This document shows, piece by piece, positions 13,905 through 25,857 of a stretch of DNA of 64,000 bases; the stretch's first letter is position 1, and each line of letters opens with the position of its first letter. The position numbers and the translations under genes were made by a program. The notes under the pieces were generated by a model. It ran no database searches and was not told where the DNA came from. It worked only from the letters and a program-made list of their open reading frames with translations. Origin of the DNA: Hemiscyllium ocellatum (lineage: Eukaryota); NCBI RefSeq assembly GCF_020745735.1, contig NC_083449.1:6484923-6548922 (forward strand), in the 5' to 3' direction.

Positions 13905-14010
13905 AACTAGCCAATCAGAGAGAAGCTACCTCACCTAAAAAAGTAGCCAATCAGAAATCCGGATTTCCTCCATCCCTCATTAGCATTGATGACGCCGTCA
14001 GTCTATAAAG
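13905..14010 (+). promoter_or_regulatory. H2B promoter (2 CCAAT, octamer variant, TGACG dyad, TATA)
   Basis: CCAAT 13911 and 13947, ATTAGCAT 13979-13986, TGACGcCGTCA 13990-14000, TATAAA 14004-14009; same layout at 39800-39908. Confidence 0.85.
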
Positions 14011-14063
14011 AGCGAGTTCCGAGTCCACTTTCCCTTATACTGTGTATGAAATTGAGCGACGCG

Positions 14064-14441
14064 ATGGTTGAGGAAAAGAAGGGTCAAGTTGCCAAGAAGG
14101 GCGCGAAGAAAGCGGTGAAGAGGGCGCCAGCGAAGGGCGGCAGAAAGAGGAAGCGGTCCAGGAAAGAAAGTTACTCCATCTACATTTACAAAGTGATGAA
14201 GCAGGTTCACCCCGACACCGGCATCTCCTCCAAGGCCATGAGCATCATGAACTCGTTCGTCAAAGATATTTTCGAGCGCATCGCGGGGGAGGCTTCCCGC
14301 CTGGCCCATTACAACAAGCGCAGCACCATCAGCTCCCGGGAGATCCAGACCGCCGTGCGGCTGCTGCTGCCCGGGGAGCTGGCCAAGCACGCCGTGTCGG
14401 AGGGCACAAAGGCGGTGACCAAGTACACCAGCTCTAAGTAA
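14064..14441 (+). CDS. H2B: Histone H2B, replication-dependent
   Basis: [42 protein letters not shown]; intronless; first ATG downstream of TATA. Confidence 0.97.
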   Translation: MVEEKKGQVAKKGAKKAVKRAPAKGGRKRKRSRKESYSIYIYKVMKQVHPDTGISSKAMSIMNSFVKDIFERIAGEASRLAHYNKRSTISSREIQTAVRLLLPGELAKHAVSEGTKAVTKYTSSK

Positions 14442-14484
14442 AGGACCGTATTCCTCTGCAATATCCACCCATCCACAATCCAAA

Positions 14485-14526
14485 GGCTCTTTTAAGAGCC
14501 ACCCACAACTTCCCTGAAACAGCTGA
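14485..14526 (+). terminator. Histone 3' stem-loop and downstream element (HDE)
   Basis: GGCTCT-TTTA-AGAGCC 14485-14500 then ACCCA; GAAACAGCTG ~14516-14525. Confidence 0.93.
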
Positions 14527-15269
14527 ATCGTTTTGTTTGTGTTTTTCATATTCATAGACCTACGAGATCTGTGTTTTAATTACGTTCTGTCAAGTATTGA
14601 GTGATTGCTGAACCCGTCCGCGCCGCCTTCTCGGATATGTTCATGTATATCCTATAGTCCCTGCCTGGAGAGAGAGAGATCATGTTAAACGCCACTGTGT
14701 CATTTTTCAGCTGATTGTATGCGTCTTTGTTCAGTTCTGGAGCTACAAACCACGGTGGAGCATGAACCCTGGGTTTCACCCCCATCAAACCAAGTGCCCC
14801 CAGCACCCGCCGGCACGCAAAAAAAAAGTTCCCTCTGAGTACGATTTTACTTACTTTTTAATTTCCAAATCTCCGCACGGGTGTCATCCGGATGCAGAGC
14901 CTTGCCAAATGCACCGAAATAAAACTAGAACAGCTACAGAGGTGGCAGAGCAAATGGGGAGGGTTTTTTTTTATCGATCTATGATCGTGTGCAATCGGGA
15001 GGGTACGTTTAAAATATTCTCGAAAGATCATGTTCACTATTAATGCGTTTACTCGGGAGAACGTAATCTCATGTTGTATCAGTATATCGGGGTGCTGTTG
15101 AATTGTGAAGTAAATAATTAGTTGCAGAGTGCAGGGTTTGGCACCTTTTTTTGGTTCCGCTTATGTTTGACGTTTGAAAGTGTAAAGGACACACTTTTCA
15201 TGTCGAAGTAAATTATCTGGAGTATTCGTACATTCTTCTGTGTTTAAACTGCCTACTTTTCGGGATATA

Positions 15270-15500
15270 TTGGCGGGCTTTTCAAATTGTAAAAAAGCAG
15301 TTGATGATTTGGCGCCCGTACTTTCCGCCCTCCTCCTCCTGCCCTCTCCGGATTGAGGAATGAAGCAGATATCTGATTGGGAATTGAAACAACATTGGTC
15401 CCATTGTTCAGCACATCAGTCAGAAACAGCCGCCCCATCATTCCTCCTGAAGTTGGCAGAGACGGCAATGTGGGGGGACTGCAGCATTCTCTGTGAAAGT
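15270..15500 (+). pseudogene. Orphan, decayed H2A promoter with no coding sequence
   Basis: Colinear with 41102-41335 upstream of the intact H2A; TATA lost; followed by Penelope sequence instead of ATG. Confidence 0.8.
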
Positions 15501-15504
15501 GTCC

Positions 15505-17345
15505 CCGCCCCCTAGAAACCTGAGGGGAACACCACCCCTGCTCATGACTCATCTTCATCCACCTCCGTCCATGCATCAATGAATTTAATGCACGCCCTGA
15601 CGTCGAACACTTCTTACTCCTTCTCAGAGCTTACTTTCACAATCAGGATTCCCACCCACCTTCGGAGAACCCCTCCGCCCATCTCCAACACACTGCATCA
15701 ACCTGGACACCCCTCACTGGCCTATTACCTGCTCTCCACCTCTTCATTTCCAATTGCCGCAGGGACATTAACTACTTCAACCTGTCTACCCACCTCCCCC
15801 ACTCCAACCTCTCACCCTCACAATGCACAGCTGTCTAATCCCTCTCCTCCAATCCCGCCATCACCATCAAGCCAGCAGATAAAGGGGGCGCAGTGGTAGT
15901 CTGGCATACTGACCTCTACATCGCTGAAGCCAAACGCCAACTCGAGGACACCTCTTCCTACTGCCCCTGTGACCATGACCCCAACCCCAACATCAAACCA
16001 TCATCTCCCAGACCATCTCATCACCTCAGGAGATCTCCCACCTGTACCTTCCAACCTCATAGTCTGGGAACCCCGCACTGCCCGGTTCTACCTCCTTCCC
16101 AAGATCCACAAGCCTGACCACCCTGGCCTACGCATTGTCTCAGCATGCTCCTGCCCCACTAAACTCATCTCTACCTACCTCGACACAGTCCTATTCCCCG
16201 TATTCTAGAACTCCCCACATATGGTCGAGACAGCACCCATGCCCCCCTCCTCCTCCAAAACGTCCGTTTCCCTGGCCCCCAATGCCTCATCTTCACCATG
16301 GATACCCAATCCCTCTACACCCCCATCTGCCATGACCAGGACCTCCAAGCCCTCTGTTTTTTCCTCTCCTGACATCCCCAACGGTACCCTTCCACAACAC
16401 TCTGTCATTCGTTTGGCCAAACTGGTCCTCACCCTTAACAATTTCTCCTTCGAATCCTCCCACTTCCTCCAGACCAAAGGGGTAGCCATGGCTGTTTGTT
16501 TGTTGGCTACATAGATCAGTTGATCTTCCATAATTACACCGGCACCATAACCACTGCTATATTGGTCACTGCATTGCTGCCACCTCATGCTCCCATGAGG
16601 AGGTTGAGCAATTCATCAACTTCAACACATTCCACCCTGACCTTAAATTTACACGGACCATCTCTGACACCTCCCTCCCCTTCCTGGACCTCTCCATCTC
16701 CATTAATGACGACTGACTTGACACTGACATTTTTTACAAACCCACTAACTCCCACAGCTACCTGGATTACACCTCTTCCCACCCTACCTCTTGTAAAAAT
16801 GCCATCCCGTATTCCCAATTCCTCCGCCAAATCTGCTCCAAGGAGGACTGGTTCCACCACAGAACACACCAGATGGTCTCCTTCTTTAGGGACCGCAATT
16901 TCCCTTCCCACGTGGTTAAAGATGCCCTCCAATGCATCTCATCCACATACCGCAACTCTGCCCTCAGACCCCACCCATCCAACCGTAACAAGGACAGAAT
17001 GCCCCTGGTGCTCACCTTCCACCCTACCAAGTTTTACCTGTACATCCACTAATATCATTTATTGTATCCGTGGCTCCCGATGCGGTCTCCTCTACATTGG
17101 GGAGACTGGACGCCTCCTAGCAGAGCGCTTTAGGGAACATCTCCAGGACACCTGCACCAATCAACCACACTGCCCTGTGGCCCAACATTACAACTTCCCC
17201 TCCCGCTCTGCCAAGGACATGGAGGTCCTAGGTCTCCTTCACCGTCGCTCCCTCACCACCAGATGCCTGGAGGAAAAAAGTCTCATCTTCCGCCTTGGAA
17301 CACTTCAACCCCAGGGCATCAATGTGGAGTTCAACAGTTTTCTCA
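15505..17345 (+). mobile_element. Penelope-like element (RT and GIY-YIG), frameshifted
   Basis: RFYLLPKIHKPDHPG, LTLNNFSF..FLQTKGVAM, IIYCIRGSRCGLLYIGETGRLLAERFREH. Confidence 0.9.
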
Positions 17346-17349
17346 GCTA

Positions 17350-18710
17350 CCATTCCTGCACCTCCCTCTTCCACCACCTCCCCCCCCCCTTCCCACCCAC
17401 CACCCTCTCCGCGACCCCTCCACCCCCCTCCGCCCCCTCTCCCCCACCCCCCTCTCACCACACCCCCTACTCCCCCTCTCCACCCCCACCCCCCACCCCC
17501 CTCCTCCCCACTCTACACCCCCACACCCCTCTCCCCCTCTCCACCCCCACCCCTCCTCCTCCCCTCTCCACCCCCAACACCCTCCTCCCCCTCTCCACCC
17601 CCACCCCCCTCCTCCCCCCTCTCAACCCCCACCCCTCTCCTCCGCCCTCACCACCCCCACCCGTCTCCTCCCCCTCCTCTCCCTCCTCTCCTCCCCCTCC
17701 CCCCCTCCCCCCCCCCCCTCCCCNNNNNNNNNNNNNNNNNNNNNNNNNNNNNNNNNNNNNNNNNNNNNNNNNNNNNNNNNNNNNNNNNNNNNNNNNNNNN
17801 NNNNNNNNNNNNNNNNNNNNNNNNNNNNNNNNNNNNNNNNNNNNNNNNNNNNNNNNNNNNNNNNNNNNNNNNNNNNNNNNNNNNNNNNNNNNNNNNNNNN
17901 NNNNNNNNNNNNNNNNNNNNNNNNNNNNNNNNNNNNNNNNNNNNNNNNNNNNNNNNNNNNNNNNNNNNNNNNNNNNNNNNNNNNNNNNNNNNNNNNCCTA
18001 CCCCTCCTCTCCCCTACCCCTCCACTCCCCTCCCCCCTCCTCTCCCCTTCCCCCTCCTCTCCCCTTCCCCTCACCCTCCTCTCCCCTCCCCTCCACCCTC
18101 CCCCTCCTCCTCCCCCCCTCCCATCCTCCCCCCTCCTCCCCCTCCCCCTCCTCTCCCCCCCTCCTCTCCCCTGCCCCTCCTCTCCCCTGCCCCTCCTCTC
18201 CCCTCCTCCCCCCTCCTCCCCCTCCCCCACCTCCTCTCCCCTCCCCCTCCTCTCCCCTCCCCCTCCTCTCCCCTGCCCCTGCTCTCCCCACCCCCTCTTC
18301 TCCCCACCCCCTCCTCTCCCCTCCCCCTCCTCTCCCCCCTCCCCCTCCTCTCCCCCTCCTCTCCCCCCTCCCCCTCCCCCTCCCCCCCCCCACCACCTNN
18401 NNNNNNNNNNNNNNNNNNNNNNNNNNNNNNNNNNNNNNNNNNNNNNNNNNNNNNNNNNNNNNNNNNNNNNNNNNNNNNNNNNNNNNNNNNNNNNNNNNNN
18501 NNNNNNNNNNNNNNNNNNNNNNNNNNNNNNNNNNNNNNNNNNNNNNNNNNNNNNNNNNNNNNNNNNNNNNNNNNNNNNNNNNNNNNNNNNNNNNNNNNNN
18601 NNNNNNNNNNNNNNNNNNNNNNNNNNNNNNNNNNNNNNNNNNNNNNNNNNNNCCGTCCTCTCCCCTCCCCGTCCTCTCCCCTCCCCCTCCCCCTCCTCTC
18701 CCCTCCCCCT
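17350..18710. repeat. C/T-rich low-complexity tract containing two assembly gaps
   Basis: CCCCT-type repeats; N runs at 17724-17996 and 18399-18652. Confidence 0.95.
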
Positions 18711-19337
18711 CGAACAGGCCCTTCGAATCCATGCTGACTTTGTTTGGTCCCAATTTTTTTTTCTGCAAATATCTTTTTTTCCTGCAGGCTGAGTGGCCTA
18801 TAATTCCCAGATTATCTCTAACTTGCTTTCAAATAGACTGGTTACATTTGCTAATTCACAATCTATGGAAAATATTGCAATGTCTATGGAATCTTGGAAC
18901 ATGACCATTCACTATTTCTGTGACCACTATGTTAAGTACTTTGGGATGTGGATGACCAGGCCCTGCTGTTTCCCAGCTTCAATCCTATCCATTGTCCCAA
19001 CACAATTTTCCAAACAATATTGATTAGTTTCAGTTTTTCCCTCTCACTGAACTGTGTTCCCCAACATTCCTAGTGCATCATTTGTGTCGTCCTTTGTGAT
19101 CAGAGAACAACAGTTACATATTTGGATGGATAGCCATTTTTGGTCCCTAATATAGACTGCCTCTTTTTGATCTATATGTTCACCAACCCATGTTTTCTTC
19201 CATTTCCCCTGTACACATTTATCAATACTTTAACAATTTATTTCTTTTTCAAAACATCTGCAAGCTTGCTCCAGTCCTCATTTTCTCTTTCTTAATCGAT
19301 GCCCTTTATCTCATAGTTTGCTGAATTCTAAATTGTG

Positions 19338-19700
19338 GCAAAAGTGAGGACTGCAGATGGTGGAGATCAGAATCAAGATTGGTGTGATGTTGGAAAAGCG
19401 CAGCAGGTCAGGCAGCATCCGGGGAGCAGGAAAATTGATGTTTCGGGCAAAAGGCTTTCATCAGGAATGAGTGTGGAGAGATAAATGGGAGTGGGGTGGG
19501 GCTGGGGAGAAGGTAGCTAAGAGTATAATAGGTGGATGGAGGTGGGGATGAAGGTGATAAGTCAGAGAGGAGGGTGGAGCGAAAAGATGTGAAGGAAGGT
19601 TGGCAGGTAGGACAGGTCATGAGGATGGTGCTGAACTGGCAGGTTGGAATTGATGTAAGTTGGTTGGAGGGGAAATGAGGAAACTGGTGAAGTCCACGAA
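19338..19700 (-). mobile_element. Penelope-like 3' end with degenerate hammerhead motif
   Basis: Reverse complement ATTCCTGATGAAAGCCTTTTGCCCGAAACATC; similar to 6150-6440. Confidence 0.8.
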
Positions 19701-20019
19701 GTTGATTCTAAACTTACTGCGAATCCTCTTGTAAGGATGCTACCTTGAAGTTCTCCTCCTCTTTCAACAAATATCTCAGTGAGTTTCTCTCTTACTGCAA
19801 CCCCCAGGTAATTTCCTCTGCTTTGAATTCTAAATTGTTCCCAGGCTTTGTTTGTCTGCTTATTTTCTTCCCAATCTGTATGTCTATTCTTGGGATCAAA
19901 TATTATCTCTCAGAGCCCTAAAGTTTTGTTAAGTTTACAAAAGTAATACTAAAGCTTTGTAAATTGTAAAACTTTCTAAATTCAGGGCAACCTCCATCAG
20001 AAAAGTTAAATGCAGTTGA

Positions 20020-20310
20020 TGTAGGGAGACCTCAGCTTGATAGAGGGCAAGTTTCTCTCCAAGCCACACGCCATAATCACTTGGAAATCTATCCCCTTTC
20101 CTTCACTGTTGCTTGATCAAGACCCTGGAATTTCCTGGATTAGTGGTGCTGGAAAAGCACAGCAGTTCAGGCAGCATCCGAGGAGCAGTAAAATCCAGAA
20201 TCTAGTTTCCAGCATCTGCAGTCATTGTTTTTACCTGGAATTCCCTGTTCATGGCATTGTAGGCAGGACATGGACAGCAGCTATTCCAGAAGGTGGCTCT
20301 CGTTGTGGCA
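20020..20310 (+). mobile_element. DeuSINE/L2-type fragment carrying a Penelope-derived mini-insertion (~20133-20233)
   Basis: TGGAAAT..TTCCTTCACTG..CCTGGAATT tail; insert flanked by CCTGGAATT direct repeats. Confidence 0.6.
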
Positions 20311-20884
20311 TACAATACATCACATCGTTTCTGTCTGCAGCATACCTGACACTAACATCTGTTGCCACTATACACTTAAATCGAGGCCGTGAGACGTTAT
20401 TTCGTATCCCTGCTCCAGGTCTGATTTTTGCGCACGCTGCCTGAACCAGAAACAGGGACTAACACTGTGATGGAAGACTCTCTCCAACAGTTACATTATG
20501 CCTTAGTAAGAGTGTTCCACTTACTTCATTTGTGTTACTATTTTCCACTTATGTTACTTTCTTAAAGGAATTAATATTTGTGCGTGAGGGTTAGCAGGAT
20601 TACATACCATAGTTAAAATAAGATCAGACGTGATGTTATTGAAATGAGGGAGCACAGAGGTTGGGCAGAGTGACCGCCAGTCTCTCCGCTCCCTGATCAG
20701 ATTGTGAGAGAGCCGGAGGGAGGAGTTATTAACATCACCCGGGAATGAGCTCCATTGGAGCTTCATAAAAGAACAATTCCCAGCTTGAAACCTTCTCTGT
20801 CCTTTCCCCCACATTCCCAATTCCTTTGGTCAAACTGAGAGAAAAGGGAATTGGGGAAATGACCAATTGCTGTTTGTTTCAGGG

Positions 20885-21308
20885 AATCATTGGGAAAAGT
20901 AGTGCATGCGCGATGCAGTCCCTCCTCCAATGCTGATTATTCCTGAGTAGAGGAGCGCATGCGTGAGGCCCTCCCCCAGCGCTGCCATTGAGGAGCATTT
21001 ACTCAGTGAGTGCAAGAGGTTTGTTTGAAACAGACCGCAATGGAGAGATCAGCGCCCAGGGAAGGGAGGGAACAGCGCCCAGGGAAGGGAGGGAACAGCA
21101 GGCTCCTTCCAGCAGCACAGCGGGATGGGAGCCCGGGACTGATTCGGGGTGAGTTCAGGGAGAACCGGGGGCTGTTTGTAAGAGGCCGAGCGGAGCAGGA
21201 ACTGGTCCCGGAACTTGGAGTGAGCGGGCTGGGGGGAAGAGAGAGGCCTTTCTCGGGCCTGCTGAGGGAGGCAGAGCGGGAAGAAGCTGCTGTGGGATAT
21301 TCTTGTGG
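20885..21308 (+). promoter_or_regulatory. CpG element copy 1: ZNF143-like and NRF1 motifs, putative first exon
   Basis: Reverse complement ACTACTTTTCCCAATG 20888-20903, GCGCATGCG 20955, GTGAGT donors at 21006 and 21149; near-identical copy at 46835-47216. Confidence 0.65.
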
Positions 21309-21720
21309 ATTTTAATCCCGTAAACACTGATGGGAATTCATTGTTTGCTTCTGTTTCCCACTTTTTGTTGCGAATAGATGTTGAATTATTGGGGAATAAA
21401 GGGCAGTGTATCTAAATGTGATAATAGTGCCAGTTGTTCTTCCTTCAACATTTAGTGTTTTTTAGTGTTTTAGTGAACATTGAACAGTGTAATCATTCTA
21501 TTTTTGGAGCTGTGCATATGTTGGTTAGTTTTCTTTCATCTGAGTAAACTGTTTCAGAATTTCACAAACAGAAAAAGACTGGCAGCAAATCAGTGTTGCT
21601 TTGGAACCAGACCTTGCTCTGTTTAAAACCAGAAGTATCATGATCATCACCTGAATGTTGCGTTGATCAGTTGATGTCTTTCTCCTCAGAAATGATGATA
21701 TCTCTCTTTTCTTCCTCCAG

Positions 21721-21802
21721 GCAAATGTTTGATGGACCAAGATAATTTAATATTTCCTCAGTACAAAGCCAAGTATGACCATCTGCTTCTACCAACCAGC
21801 AG
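21721..21802 (+). other. Exon-like cassette A (82 nt)
   Basis: TCTTCCTCCAG acceptor and CAG|GTACGT donor; paralogous to B, C, D. Confidence 0.6.
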
Positions 21803-22239
21803 GTACGTTTCAGTTGTCAGATTGAGAACCTCCTTTCCACAGTCAGAGTAGATTGAGTCAGATACACATTGAGCTCAATTTCCAGAAGTATGCATTCAAT
21901 CCAAGGGTCAGACACAACTAATGAAATATTTTTTAAAAATTCTCTTTATACTTAATGCACAACAACTCAGTTCCAATAAATTCCATTATGCATAGCCAGT
22001 TATCATTTGCAACATCAGAAGAGGGATAGACTATAACCTCATATGAAATATACATTTGGGAATTACATTAATCCACATATAGTAAAGGCAATTTTAAAGT
22101 TACAATCAAGGTGAACAAACAAGTCATGCTGTTACATTGTTACAACAAGGATATATGAAGTAGATGTTGAGTGCAGATGCAGAAGGAAACTTTGATATTT
22201 TCAGTAACTGAGAAAGTCAAAATTACATTTTTGATAAAT

Positions 22240-24360
22240 CATTGTCCAGGAAAAGACACAACAGCTAAACTATGTAAATTCTGAATGAATGTCTGGTCCA
22301 AAGCCTGATGTCAAGAGAGTGCTCATCGTGTGTGTGTACACACACAACCACCACCTCTATCCCACCCCCATATGTGTGCTTGCGCGTGCACACACCATTC
22401 TATCTCGCACAGAGCTACTGACTAATTAACAATAGTTGCAAATTTGTACATCATCCTGAAATACACATTACAACATCTAACAGTGATGAAGATCCATATA
22501 CACCGCAACTAGCAGAAAACATTTCATCAAACTGATTTCTACTCCGGTCTGTAGTCAAAGAGATCTACGGCACAGAATATGTCTGTTCAAATTAAGTCTG
22601 CAATGATCAAAAACAGTCTACAACAACACAGCTGATTGAAAGGGATTAGAATTGTTAACTCAATGAGTATTCCATTTGCATAGATTTTTCATGGCGGCAG
22701 CAGAGAAGTTATCATCCCTATCTGCGTCATAACACCATTCTCCATTTCATCATTTTGCAGGTTTTTTTTCAGTCCAGAAAGTTTTTTTTTCTAATTATTC
22801 TGTGTGTCTTTCAAAATTTATTTCAAGAAATCTATGAAGCATCCTGCATTCATTTTGACTATCTCTTCATTAACCTACAAAGAAAAAAAATCAGTGAATC
22901 AAGATATAGTTTTGCCAAGGAGTCCAATGGAATCAGATCATTACCATTTACAGTAGTGCAGAAAGAAAGAAAAAGCTAAAATTGATAGGTTTGTCCAGCT
23001 CTCCTTTATTTTAACCACCAAGAGTTGATTGTTCAATAAATTGAACTTGACTGTTTAAATATTCTTCATTGCCAATTGAAAATAAAAGACCTTTTGTTTC
23101 CCCACCCAACCCCGCCCCCAGAGAGCAACACAAGAATACTGCTAATAGCCTGCACCAGATCTTGTCCAGATTGGTAAATAAAATAGAATTGACCAATTCT
23201 CTTTTCTGCACAAGAAGCAATGTCTTCAGTCAGCTGCAATGCAGTTGAAGTGTTCACTTAGTTGCAAATTGATTTGGTAAATACTGATCATTAATTTATT
23301 GGTAAAGTATGTCACAATGCAAAAATTGATAGCATCCTGAAAATCAGACCTTGATATCCCCTCTGTTCCTGGTTAGAATCTGCACTACAGGAATTACAAA
23401 AGCCTATTGCTTTTCTCCCCTTGATTCTGAAGAAAAGCACAGATGCTTTTCTGTTGAAATATGTTGCATGTTCACCTGTCCATGGGTCCTATGGGCTCTA
23501 AAACTAAAGAACATAGGCTCTGGACATGATCCAACTATGTATGGAATGAGCAGCCAGAGGAAGTGGTGGAGGCTGGTACAATTGCAATATAGAAGAGGCA
23601 TTTGGATGGGTATATGAATAGGAAGGGTTTGGAGGGATATGGGCTGGGTGCAGGCAGGTGGGACTAGATTGGGTTGGGATATCTGGTCGGCATGGACAGG
23701 TTGGACCGAAGGGTCTGTTTCCATGCTGTACATCTCTGTGGCTCTATGTACAAGGCCAAATATTAGCAGATGAAGAAAAACATCAATTTCACTGACGGGA
23801 GCTGACTCCAGTGGCACTGGATAAAACCTCATTCATGTTAGCTAGAAGAAATTTAAAGAATTAATTGTGCTTGCAATTACCAAAAGTGACATGTTTCAAT
23901 TTAGACAACATTGAACCACTGTGAAATATAATAACCAAGAATAAGGACCACATTGGTATCAAGTATCAGAGACTGATCGATTGAATTCAGTTCTCACTCT
24001 CAGCCTGGTGCTGATGTAAACACACTTTATCCACACTCCCCATTCTAGTTGAGGGCCTGAGTAATGCAGAAACATTTCCATACATTTTAATGGATGAAAC
24101 ACTGATTTATAAGGCATTAAACCTACCTCAGTATATCAGATCATGACATGCAGAACTGGAAACAAAGCCAAATCATTGTCCTGAAAAAGACACAACAATT
24201 AAACTATGTAAATTCCAAATGAACCCCTGGGCCAAAGCCTGCTGTCGAGAGAGTGCTCATCATGTGTGTACACACCCGCAACCACCACCTCCATATGTGT
24301 GCTTGCGCGCGCGCACACCATTCTATCTCCCACAGAGCTACTGACTGATTAACAATAGAC
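22240..24360 (+). repeat. ~190-bp direct repeat pair (22240-22432 and 24174-24356)
   Basis: GAAAAGACACAACA..CAAAGCCTG..GAGAGTGCTCATC..CACACCATTCTATCTC..GAGCTACTGACT in both. Confidence 0.8.
23536..23748 (+). mobile_element. CR1 3' end fragment
   Basis: GTATGGAATGAGC..GAAGGGTCTGTTTCCATGCTGTACATCTCT; reverse complement of 8547-8750. Confidence 0.8.
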
Positions 24361-25094
24361 AGACAGAAAATGTCAGTGTGGTATAGACTAATACCACTCC
24401 TTTAAAGTGATGCAGATTGGCAGCACAACAGAAAACTCACTCACACTCAGCCAGTTAATGGTGAAAGGGAAAAAAGAATGAAATTTTGTCCCAGGTATTT
24501 CCAAATATGGACAGTTATAAATTGACTCACCAAACCATTAAGCGCTTCAGTTAGTGTTGGATTTTAGATTTTACAATGTCCAGCATCAACTGATAAAGAC
24601 TCCTGCATACACAAAACCTAAAAAAAAGTCTGAAAACAATAACATTCAGATTCGTGGCAAAGATAAACATTGAACCAACATTAATCTCTCCCACACAAAG
24701 TGTTAGTGAATATTGATCGAGTTTATCTAACACTCAGACCAAACAAATACAACTCAACATGTAAAGAGAATGAGATTCACACACTCCACCTGATGCTGTT
24801 GCATACAAAACCAAACTGGCACTACAGTTATTCAATGGAAGAATACTGCAGAACTAATCTCACATTAGCATTTACCTCGAGATACTGGCAGTGAGTGGAT
24901 GAAGTTCAAACGCCCAACAGTGAGTTGAAACTAGTATGGAGAACAGATGAACAACAGCCCAGTGCAGACACAATGGGCTGAATGGCTGTATCAACTCTGT
25001 GACTCTGTCATAAATCACAAAATGTAGAAGAGTTTAAGACCCAATCACAACACCCTTAACTACTATCACAGAATGAATCTCAGTCACAGAGGAT

Positions 25095-25300
25095 TCTTTT
25101 TCCTAAATTCATTCATGGGATGTGGGCGTCACTGGCTAGGCCAGTATGTATTGCCCATCCCTAACTGCTCAGGGGGTAATTATGAGTCAACCACATTGCT
25201 GCGGGTCTGGAGACACAAGGATGGCAGTTTCCTTACAGGACATTAGTGATCCAGATGGGTTTTCCTGACAATCAACCATAGATTCCTGGTGATGATTGGA
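25095..25300 (-). mobile_element. DeuSINE/L2-tailed SINE 3' fragment
   Basis: ATTCATTCATGGGATGTGGGCGTCACTGGCTAGGCCAG..TTGCCCATCCCTAA. Confidence 0.6.
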
Positions 25301-25857
25301 CTCAGAGTATTATTGGCTGCCAGAAAATTAAGCAACTTCCATACATAAAAGAGTTGAAGGTAGTTGGTACTGATTGAGTACTTGACTGTCACAGTCACAC
25401 AGCAGAAACTGGCAAGTATAGATCAAGTCCAAAACTCTTATTTGGGCACAACAGAAACTGACTGGTGTAGATTGACAGCTGCTCTCACTGATTCATTCTG
25501 CAGAAACCGAAAAGGTGAGAATGATACATAAATACTCACTCACTCACTCACTCACCAAACACTGTCAGCTACAGTCTGCTTAATACATGTGCATGTTTAC
25601 AAATAAGATGCTGACAGATACCAAATCATAACTCCATCCTGAGATAGCCAGAGCAGAATATAACAGGGACAGAATGGTCAATTGTACACATGTGCATACA
25701 GCAGGACATTTCAGAGGAAGACTGATAACTACATTCTCCTCATCAAAACTTATTGGAACAGATTAATAACACTCCCTGTTTTAAATTGCATAAATTGACA
25801 TGTACAGTTTGATAATGACACTCATGTTTACAGCACAGTAACTGACAGGTAGAAATT

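Noticed and set aside
13986-14063. N-terminal extensions of the H2B ORFs in the ORF track (also 39821-39961)
   Set aside because: The track starts are non-ATG or lie upstream of the TATA box; the real starts are 14064 and 39962.
16496-18904. Long proline-rich and Gly/Arg-rich ORFs (up to 802 aa)
   Set aside because: They run through Penelope remnants, low-complexity C tracts and N gaps; stop-free by composition.
14064-20955. Nearly equal H2B-ATG to NRF1-motif distance in the two units (6891 vs 6888 bp)
   Set aside because: The intervening content is unrelated and includes two estimated-length gaps; treated as coincidence.
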